Assembly: GCA_016840085.1 (NCBI GenBank)
Contig: JAEOTA010000085.1
Coordinates: forward strand, 61,498 to 125,497
Reading direction: 5' to 3'
Length of the DNA stretch: 64,000 nt
Source: Promethearchaeota archaeon
GTDB lineage: Archaea > Asgardarchaeota > Lokiarchaeia > Sigyniarchaeales > SOKP01
The position numbers and the translations under genes were made by a program. The notes beneath the pieces were generated by a model that searched no databases, was not told where the DNA came from, and worked only from the letters and a program-made list of their open reading frames with translations. Every line of letters starts with the position of its first letter. Position 1 is the first letter of the stretch. Shown here in pieces: positions 21,592 through 30,155 of the stretch.

Positions 21592-22157
21592 TATTTAACA
21601 CTTCTTAATTTTTTTGATAAAAATTTGTATTCGCATCTTTTTTTCCGTTGAATAAATAATAAAGAAATGTAATTATATAAATATTTTTATGAGATATGAT
21701 CGAGATCCAACATGTTTCACTTTGTGCATGATCAGTGCCAAACATCTATCACCTTTATTTTTTCCTAATCAGTCATAATTTCCATCTTTCCTTAGTCTTT
21801 CTGAATATTTTGTTCGTTTTTGTTAGAAGATTATGGAGATGAGATCCAGATTGAAAACTTTTTCTGTAAGAATGATGGATTTGAGTAGAACTACTTTTAT
21901 TAATTGTCCATTATCTACATTATGTTAATTGATGATAATAATAAATGGTATAATGATCCATTTCTAGCATATTTCTCGTTAGAATTAGCAAGATCGATCA
22001 AGAATCATTAATATAATGCAAAAAATGGAAAAAGTATTGATATTTCAGAGGATAATTTGAATTTATAATTTTAATAAATCTTTAGAAAAATAATAAAAAG
22101 TGAATAAATTTTCTAATAAAATCTAAAGTTATTGTTTTATTCTATAAAAAGCAGTTT

Positions 22158-22589
22158 TTAAATTGGTCTCAAGGGACCAAGTTCTTTAATTTGGTTTGTA
22201 AATTCTGTTATAACTTCAGCAAATCTCTTCCCTTCAGAGGCACTTACCCATTCAAGTCTAAACCTTTTTTCAAGATTGAATATTCTTAGAATTTCTCGAA
22301 AATTTACAAATCTATCTCTTGCAAACTCATTTCCTTTCAAGTAATGACAGTCACCAATATGACATCCAGTTACAATGACTCCATCAATGCCATCTTTAAA
22401 TGCCTCTAAAATAAAAGCTGGGTCTACTCTACCAGAACACATTACACGTACTATTCTAATAGTGGAGGGATATTGAAATCGTGAAACTCCAGCTAAATCT
22501 GCTCCGGCATAACTACACCAGTTACAACAGAAACACAAAATATTTGGATGAAATTCCTTATTTTTTACTTTCTTTTCTTTACTTATCAA
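22158..22589 (-). CDS. mvhD: MvhD/VhuD, Cys form
   Basis: [41 protein letters not shown]. Confidence 0.95.
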   Translation of the reverse strand: MISKEKKVKNKEFHPNILCFCCNWCSYAGADLAGVSRFQYPSTIRIVRVMCSGRVDPAFILEAFKDGIDGVIVTGCHIGDCHYLKGNEFARDRFVNFREILRIFNLEKRFRLEWVSASEGKRFAEVITEFTNQIKELGPLRPI

Positions 22590-22617
22590 TGATAATCATT
22601 TTTTTTTTAATTATATT

Positions 22618-25600
22618 TTAACCTTGAATTAAAAGTGCAGAAATCATAGCGTTGATTTGCTCAAAACCAAAATGCTTAATTAAAATTGTTGAATTAGGGC
22701 ATTGTGCACTGCATGTGCCACAACCTTTACAAAGCGCAGGATTTACATGAGATTTTTTAATAGTAAATGTGATATCTTCAAACACTCGTTCTTCCTCTAT
22801 TAATTCGATAGCATTAAATTGGCAGACTTCCATACAGCTTCCACAGCCAATGCAATTTTCTTCTATTACAACAGCCACAAGCCCAGATGTTACAAGTTTT
22901 TCTGTGCTTAAAATTTTAACTGCTTGAGCAGCAGCTCCATTGGATTGTGCAATTGATTCTCGAAGATCTTTTGGTGAATGTGCACACCCACATAAATATA
23001 TACCATCTGTAGCAAAATCAATTGGTCTCAACTTAACATGAGCTTCCAAAAAGAATTTATCCTCATTAAGTGGAACTTTTAACATTTTTGCTAACTCTTC
23101 ATTTTCTTTTATGGGTGCCACAAGCCCCGTACTTAGCACAAGTAAATCAGGATTTATTTCAAGGTCACCTAAATCTGGATTGTTTACTGTAATTGTTAAC
23201 TTTTTATTTTTAATATTTAATTCTGGAGGCTTAGATTCATCGAATCTAAGAAATATAACTTTATTATCTCGTGCTAAGTTATAGTATTTTTCTTTAAAAC
23301 CATATGTTCGAATATCACGATATAAAATTACTATTTCTATATTAGGGTTGATTTCTTTTGCTTTTAACGCATTTTTAATAGCTTCTGAACAACAGATTCT
23401 GCTACAATAAGGGTGATCTTCATTTCTAGATCCAACGCATTGAATCATTACTATTGAATTCAATCCCTTTATTTTATCCGTAGTAAAAAGATCTTTTTCA
23501 AATTCAGTTTGGGATATAATTCTTTGATCTTGCCCGAAATTATATTCTTTTGGTTGATATTCTTTTGCACCAGTGGCTACAATGATTATCCCATGTTCCA
23601 GATCAACACTTTTGCTATTATTTCCGTAACTTACATTTGTGGAAAAATTCCCTATATATCCTGATATTGTATTGATTTGAGCATTTTTAAATATGTGGAT
23701 TAGTTGATTATCTTTAACTTTTTTAATTAAGTTTTCAATATATTCCTGAATATCATCATTTTCGAGGGTTCGATAAATATTTTTAGCAAGCCCTCCTAGA
23801 GAACCTTCCTTTTCAATTAAGAAAACTTCATAACCTTGAGAAGCTAGATTTAATGCTGCTGACATTCCAGATACACCCCCACCTATAATTAGACCTTTAT
23901 TTATTACGGTGATTTCTTGTTCTTGTAACGGGATTAATTGGCTAGCCTTCGCTACTGACATCCTCAATAAGTCTTTTGATTTTGCTGTTGCTTTTTCAGG
24001 TTCATGCATATGAACCCATGAACATTGATCGCGGATATTCACCATTTCAAAAAGATATTTATTCAAACCGGCCTCTCTTATTGTCGCTTGAAATAAGGAT
24101 TCATGGGTTCTTGGAGTACATGAGGCAACTATAACTCTATTAAGTTGGTTTTCTTCGATTTTTTCTTTAATATTAGTCTGAGTATCTGCTGAACAAGTAT
24201 ATAAATTATGCTCTGCATAGACTACATCAGGTAAAGTTTTAACATATTCAACTACATTAGGAACATCAACAACCCCACCAATATTTATCCCGCAATGACA
24301 AATAAATATTCCAATTCGCGGCGGTTGATCGCTTACATCCAATTCTTCGGGAAGTTCTTTCTTAGAGACTAATTTATTTCTTGCTTCTGATAGAAGAACA
24401 TTTACATATCCAGCAGCAGCACTAGCTTCTATAACTGTTTCTGGAATATCTTTAGGTGTTGCGAAAGCCCCACAAACATAAATCCCAGGTCTTGAAGTTT
24501 CTACTGGGTTAAAAGTTCCAGTTTTACAAAACCCATATTCATTTAACTGGATATTTAATTTCTGTGCTAATTCTTTTGCTTATTGATTAGGTTGCATTCC
24601 TACATAAAGGACGACTAGATTAAAAATTTCTACAATAATTTTTCCATTTCCCGTTTCATAATAAACCTTTAAATCTTTAGAGTCCGGAATTTCTTTAATA
24701 GAAGATATTCTACGTCTGATATATCTTACTCCATACTCATCCTTCGCTCGTTCAATATATTTATCAAAATCTTTACCATATGCCCTGATATCCATTGTAA
24801 AAATAGTTGGTTCTATAATATTCATATGCTCTTTTGCTATTACAGCTTCCTTTGTAGTATACATACAACACACAGAAGAGCAGTAATCAATTCTATGCTT
24901 TCTATCCCTTGAACCTATACAATGTAAAAAGGCTATTTTTTTAGGGATAATTCCATCAGAAGGGCGAATTATTAAACCTGAGTGTGGTCCACTAGCACTG
25001 AGTATACGTTCAAATTCAATACTAGTAATTACATTTAAATGCTTTCCGTAACCAAATTCCGTTAAAGGAGTAGGATCATATTCATCAAATCCAATTGCTA
25101 ATACTACAGCTCCTACATCTAGACTAATTAATTTATCTTGAAGTTCATAATCGATAGCTTTTGCTTTACATATCCCTTTACAAATACCACAACCTATACA
25201 TTTTTCTTTATTAATTGAGAACACTAATGGAACGGCCTGAGGAAATTTTACAGAAATTGCTGCATTGATAGAAAGTCTTTCATTAAAGAAATCTATAGCC
25301 TCTATAGGACATTGTTGAGCACATAAACCGCACCCTGTACATTTAATCTGATCCAAACGAAGTGTTCTTTGAGTTAAATCAACTTTAAAATTACCTGGAA
25401 CACCTTCGATTTTTTCTATTGATGAATTAATTAAAATATCGATATTTTCATGTCGACCAGTTTGTACCAATTTCGGGGCAAGAATACATATTGCACAGTC
25501 ATTAGTTGGAAATGTCTTATCTAATTGAGACATAACGCCTCCAATACTGGTTGTAGATTCTGCAAGATATACTTTATAGCCTGAATCTGCTAAATCTATA

Positions 25601-25659
25601 GAAGTTTGAATACCTGCAATTCCGCCACCAATAACTAAGACAGCTCCGACTTTCTCCAT
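22618..25659 (-). pseudogene. hdrA: Long HdrA-like gene (1013 codons) split by one in-frame TAA at 24580-24582
   Basis: ORFs 24580..25659 and 22618..24342 are in the same frame. The gap translates AKELAQKLNIQLNEYGFCKTGTFNPVETSRPGIYVCGAFATPKDIPETV..., homologous to the paralogs. Confidence 0.85.
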
Positions 25660-26936
25660 TACTTCTCCTCAACAGTTTGATTAGGTTCTATTATATTTAT
25701 AAAATCCACTAAAAACTCTGAAAAATCTAAAATTTCAATAGAAGAAAAATCATCATAGTCTTTTTTTAGACAATTTAAATGCATTCGGCATTTTGGACAT
25801 GATGTAATCATTTTTGTTCCAACAGCTTTAGCTTCTAAAAGACGTTTATATCGCAAAGCTTTAGAACGTTCATTACAATTCATCCAAGAATTTACTCCAC
25901 AACAATAAGAATTTTCTTTATTATGTTCCATTTCTTTAAAATTATAACCAATAGTTTTCAAATGCTTGAAGATTTCTCGGACTTCCTCAATTATCTTATT
26001 ATCCTTTGGTAAAAACCTACTCAACCTGCAAGGGTCATGGTAAGTAAAAGGAATAACCTCATTCGAATTGTTAGGATTTTTAAATTGAACTTTTCCCTGC
26101 TTCCATTTATCAAAAATATATTCAATTATATGTTTAACTTCAAATTTTTTATTAAAATCTTCAAACAATTTTAGATAATCAATTTTAAAGGTTCTATAAC
26201 ACTCAGCACATGCAGTAACAATTGTTGTAGCTCCTGTTTCTTCAAACATTTTTACATTTTTTTTTGCTAATTCAATAAAGCTTTCGAATTTTGCTTGGCC
26301 CCAATATAAATCGTGTCCACAACATATCTCATTTTTTAGAACAACTACCGGATCTTTTTCTAAGTGACAAATAATCTCAAGTGTGCTTTCTGCTATAGAT
26401 AGTGAGTCTTCAAATTCATAATTAAAAAAAGGTAAACATCCCACATAATATAAAATATTTCCCTTATCTGATGTTTTACAACCTTTTGGAATCCAATCTA
26501 AAGGTCTCTCAATTTCCATATTATCTTGACTCATCATTTCTGACATCAAAGGATAAATACCTTTATGAGCAATAGAACGATCAGGATTTTGAATATCTTT
26601 CATACGCATTTTATATCTAGCAATTCTGACAATATCGGCAAAGTTAATATCTTTAGGGCAATGTTGTAGACAACTATTACACATTAAACAATCCCATAAT
26701 ACCTGGCTATTAATAATCTCATCTTCAAAGCCTTCTAATATCATTTGAATAATTCTACTAGGCGTAAATTTTTGTACTTTACTGATTTGGCACACGCCTG
26801 AGCAACGGGCACATTGATAACATTTTTTTAATAAGTTAATTAAATCTGGTTCATATATTTTTTCTATATATAAATTAGATTCATTCTTTTCTTGTTTTAT
26901 CTTTTTAAGTTTTTCTGTCTCAGTTATAGGATTCAC
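25659..26936 (-). CDS. HdrD-like Fe-S oxidoreductase with CCG domains; paralog of 17079..18377
   Basis: CYQCARCSGVC, CLMCNSCLQHCP, EICCGH, YHDPC, YCCG. Confidence 0.9.
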   Translation of the reverse strand: MNPITETEKLKKIKQEKNESNLYIEKIYEPDLINLLKKCYQCARCSGVCQISKVQKFTPSRIIQMILEGFEDEIINSQVLWDCLMCNSCLQHCPKDINFADIVRIARYKMRMKDIQNPDRSIAHKGIYPLMSEMMSQDNMEIERPLDWIPKGCKTSDKGNILYYVGCLPFFNYEFEDSLSIAESTLEIICHLEKDPVVVLKNEICCGHDLYWGQAKFESFIELAKKNVKMFEETGATTIVTACAECYRTFKIDYLKLFEDFNKKFEVKHIIEYIFDKWKQGKVQFKNPNNSNEVIPFTYHDPCRLSRFLPKDNKIIEEVREIFKHLKTIGYNFKEMEHNKENSYCCGVNSWMNCNERSKALRYKRLLEAKAVGTKMITSCPKCRMHLNCLKKDYDDFSSIEILDFSEFLVDFINIIEPNQTVEEK

Positions 26937-26943
26937 TTCCTTA

Positions 26944-28053
26944 TTACAAGTTTTTCATGAATTCATTTCTTCGCTCTATTTTAGCTTCAGAAAATTTGGC
27001 TATTAAGCTTTTCATCTCTTTTTTTGTATTTTCATCAAGTTCTAAACTTTTAATAATATTTTTGTCTAATGCCTTTTGGAGTAACTGCACACCTTTTTCA
27101 GTTCGGGGTAATACAGTAGTATATTTATCTCGGGATCCAAGCCCACCAAACGAAATATCTGAATATATATTGGTAAAATCTATACAAGAATGGCAAGCTG
27201 GGCGTATATAATTAACCAATTTAGTAAAAGGAATATGGATTATCTTTTCTTTTGAGTCATTATCTTCTAGCTTTAGAATTAAATCCTCCTTAATGTTAAT
27301 TTTTACTATATCTTCGAATTTTAACTTAAAATCCTTTTCAAATTTCGCGATTTGAGATTTTTCAAATAGAAAATTGTGATAACAAAATAAGCCTAGAGTA
27401 ATCTCAACATGTTCTGAAGGGGTAACACCTAAATCTTGCATACATTTAATCGTATAAATTTGACAGGGTGTTCCCACAATTGCTAACTTTTTGAATTTAT
27501 AATGACTCAATTGAGGAATTGAGCGTGTGTAGGTGTTAAACTTTTGTATTTCATCTACTTGTGGAGATATATTCAAAATTGTACCAGATGCTTTGATTAG
27601 GTCGTCTTTAGTTTCTGCAAACATTGATTCTCTGGAAAATGGACCTTCAACTTTAGAGACTATTGCCCCATCAATAACTTTAGTTTCTAATAAGAAGTTT
27701 AAAAGTGTATTTACCACACCTCCATCTGTCCCATGTTTTAGAAATTCTTCGTCTGTAGTTTGACAAGAATAGATATCTTCAGCAAATCCATAAGGCATTG
27801 AAGTAAAATCAGTGAATTGGTAAGTCTTATTAAGGTCATCATCTAATACATGTGTTTGAGGACACAGGAAATAACATATACCGCACTCGAGGCATGCATC
27901 CTTATTTATATATTCAGGAGGGGAGTTAGGCTCTTTAAAGCCGATTACATTCTCGAATGCTGCCGAACAGAAAGAAGTACATCCTCCACATTCTTGGCAG
28001 ATCCCCTTTTCATGAACTTCCTTAATTAAATCTTGAAAGGTTTTTATACTCAT
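26944..28053 (-). CDS. Coenzyme F420 hydrogenase/dehydrogenase beta-subunit (FrhB/FdhB) family protein
   Basis: 2x[4Fe-4S] N-terminus; DGGVV; VGTPCQ; GLFC; CHSCIDF...DISFG. Start taken as ATG 28053 (MSIKTF) to avoid overlap with the upstream gene. Confidence 0.88.
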   Translation of the reverse strand: MSIKTFQDLIKEVHEKGICQECGGCTSFCSAAFENVIGFKEPNSPPEYINKDACLECGICYFLCPQTHVLDDDLNKTYQFTDFTSMPYGFAEDIYSCQTTDEEFLKHGTDGGVVNTLLNFLLETKVIDGAIVSKVEGPFSRESMFAETKDDLIKASGTILNISPQVDEIQKFNTYTRSIPQLSHYKFKKLAIVGTPCQIYTIKCMQDLGVTPSEHVEITLGLFCYHNFLFEKSQIAKFEKDFKLKFEDIVKINIKEDLILKLEDNDSKEKIIHIPFTKLVNYIRPACHSCIDFTNIYSDISFGGLGSRDKYTTVLPRTEKGVQLLQKALDKNIIKSLELDENTKKEMKSLIAKFSEAKIERRNEFMKNL

Positions 28054-28069
28054 AATAATACTTTTTACA

Positions 28070-29566
28070 TTATTCCTTTTCCAATTTGATTGGTTTACAA
28101 TTTTTTCTTTTAATACCAGCAATCCTTTCTAATAAGGGTTGCCCAGGTTTAACCGCCTTTAAGCTTTTGGATTCTATAAATCCTGTTTTAATAGCTCCTT
28201 TAAAAATTTCTTCCCCTTTCTTATTTCGAGTGATAACAGAAGACCATCCACTCCCAGAACCAATTGAACCAATTGAGATGTCAGCATAATCTGCTGTTAA
28301 ATCTTCACAATAATGGCAGTTATTGCGAGCATAAGATTTAACATCTTTAAGCGGAACTTTTAAATCTTCTCCGGTATCCAAATATATGATAAATTCACCA
28401 CCACTAATGTCCATCTTTGTTACTTTATTAAAATCTTGGTTAAATTGCTCTTTAATTAATCCAAGGACTCCTTCATAAGGAAAAGATTCCATGCAAAAAA
28501 GTCCTATTTTATATTTTATATTCTTGAAAAAAGGTACTCCACTTGGAAAAAGATTACCCTTTTCAATAGCATTCATCATACATGGAGTACCTACAACAGC
28601 TATATTGTCATATTTCTTGGCTTTATCGATAATAGCTAAAGTAGATGCGTTTGCATATTTAGTTCCCCCCGTCTTATATAGATCTTTCAAATTATCCACG
28701 ATGACGGGTTCAGGCTTCCATTTCTCTTCTGAGTGCTGTACTGCTACAATCGCATCGACTAATTTATTCTTAAGTAAGTATTCAAGTAAAGAAGTAACAA
28801 TCCCCCCATCTTGTCGTACTTTTTTAATATCATCCTTAGTGGTGCTGGCAGAATAGGTATTGATATAACCATTAATTTTTTCTGAAAATTTTAAAGAATT
28901 ATCTCGCTTATTTATACTCTTACCCGCTTGTTCAATTGAAAATGATCTCGGGCAAACAGAATAACATAAACCGCATTTCATACAAGTTTCATCATCGATC
29001 TCTAAAGTATCTGCTGTTACTGTAAGAGCATTTACTGGGCAAATTGATGAGCACCAACCACATTGACAGCATACTTCAGAATCAAACACGATTGAAACAG
29101 GTTCAAAAAAATGTTCAATAAAATCATCAGGTATATCTTTAACTTGATATCTATAGAAAAATTCTTTTTCCTCAATTTCTTTTTCTTCTCCTTTTACTTT
29201 CTTAATAACCTTTTTAATTTTAATCTCTATTTCTTCTTCAATATAACCTTGTTCTTTTAGATAAATTATATCTCGTATTACATTTTCTGGTGGAAAATTG
29301 TCTATAATTTTCACAATTTCTTCCAGAAATAATAGTTCTTTACCTTTTAGTTCTTCTAATACTAACTTGCGTTCTGTTTCGGCATCAACCATAGCATCTA
29401 AAATCTGATAAAATTCTTCCTCTGAATATTTTCCTGCTCCTAAGATTTCTTCTTTTGCTTCAAAAAAAGCACGAACCTGAAAATTTTCTGCCGCTTTATG
29501 TGTTGCTTCCATTAATAATTTAGGGGATATCCCATTAAAGGTTATATCTTTTTCTATTTGAACCAT
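28070..29566 (-). CDS. FrhB/FdhB family protein with ~155-aa N-terminal extension
   Basis: CCQCGWCSSICP, CMKCGLCYSVCP, QDGGIVT, GTKY, VGTPC, GLFCME, CHYCEDLT.DYADISIG. Confidence 0.9.
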   Translation of the reverse strand: MVQIEKDITFNGISPKLLMEATHKAAENFQVRAFFEAKEEILGAGKYSEEEFYQILDAMVDAETERKLVLEELKGKELLFLEEIVKIIDNFPPENVIRDIIYLKEQGYIEEEIEIKIKKVIKKVKGEEKEIEEKEFFYRYQVKDIPDDFIEHFFEPVSIVFDSEVCCQCGWCSSICPVNALTVTADTLEIDDETCMKCGLCYSVCPRSFSIEQAGKSINKRDNSLKFSEKINGYINTYSASTTKDDIKKVRQDGGIVTSLLEYLLKNKLVDAIVAVQHSEEKWKPEPVIVDNLKDLYKTGGTKYANASTLAIIDKAKKYDNIAVVGTPCMMNAIEKGNLFPSGVPFFKNIKYKIGLFCMESFPYEGVLGLIKEQFNQDFNKVTKMDISGGEFIIYLDTGEDLKVPLKDVKSYARNNCHYCEDLTADYADISIGSIGSGSGWSSVITRNKKGEEIFKGAIKTGFIESKSLKAVKPGQPLLERIAGIKRKNCKPIKLEKE

Positions 29567-29618
29567 AATTCTTATTTAATTTATTTTTTATTCAAAAAAA
29601 TTAATTTAATATTTTAAA

Positions 29619-29686
29619 ACCCCTTCCCTTGCGAGGAGAATCTTCTTATAACTAATATTTTTTTATAAGAATCATTCCAAAGGGGT
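29619..29686 (-). promoter_or_regulatory. Eukaryote-like SECIS element (cis-acting RNA hairpin)
   Basis: Minus strand: ACCCCUU-U-GGA-AUGA-UUCUUAUAA-[AAAAAUAUUAG]-UUAUAAGAA-GA-UUCUCCUCGCAAGGG-AAGGGGU. AUGA/GA core, perfect 9-bp upper stem (29671-29663 with 29651-29643), A-run at the 5' side of the loop, 7-bp lower helix (29686-29680 with 29625-29619). Lies immediately after two TGA-containing genes. Confidence 0.85.
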
Positions 29687-30133
29687 AGTTAAGAGTTCCT
29701 TCATTTCAACTTCTGCTTCTTCTTCACCGATGTTAAGAGGACTTGGCCCTATTCTGCGAATTTTTTCAAAGGAATCTTCAACGCTTTTTACTAATTTTTC
29801 TGATTCTGCACTTGAGCACCAGTACATATTAATCCGCTCACTTCCAAATCCTCGTCTATCAAGAATTCTTTTAGCAAAGTCTATGTGTTTTGAGGCTGTA
29901 AAATTACCTTCTTTAAATTGACATTCATTTTCACGTCATCCAACAACCATGACGCCGTCAGCTCCGCTTTTTATAGCATATAATATATGCTTTACGTCAA
30001 CTCGTCCTGTACACCTTACTTTAATGATCTTTACTGAGGGTGTATATTTTAAACGGGAAACTCCAGCTAAATCCGCTGCTCCATAGCCTCATTTTAAACA
30101 AGCAAACATTATTATCTTATAACTATTTTCCAC
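29672..30133 (-). CDS. mvhD: Selenocysteine-containing MvhD/VhuD (153 aa; U15, U66)
   Basis: GTG start after [34 protein letters not shown]...VRCTGRVD...VMVVG-U-RENECQF. TGA at 30091-30089 and 29938-29936 align with Cys of CNWC and GCHIGDC in the paralogs. Missed by the ORF track. Confidence 0.93.
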
Positions 30134-30155
30134 CTTTTTTCAACCTCCTCTAAGT

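Noticed and set aside
21592-22157. Additional SECIS or ncRNA in the long gap between mvhD and hdrA
   Set aside because: The minus-strand AUGA sites checked lack a stem closed by GA, and the flanking genes have no internal TGA. The plus strand holds only stop-riddled ORF-like remnants.
29730-29921. Plus-strand ORF (and other short antisense ORFs such as 5755..6042, 14480..14665, 26957..27211, 28491..28856, 31603..31918, 37616..38029, 44082..44444, 55439..55744, 62426..62809)
   Set aside because: Shadow frames of well-supported genes on the opposite strand or in another frame; no motifs.
30055-30092. Short hairpin directly after the first mvhD UGA as a bacterial-type SECIS
   Set aside because: Only ~5 bp with a G-U pair, explained by protein conservation, and no shared structure after the other UGAs.
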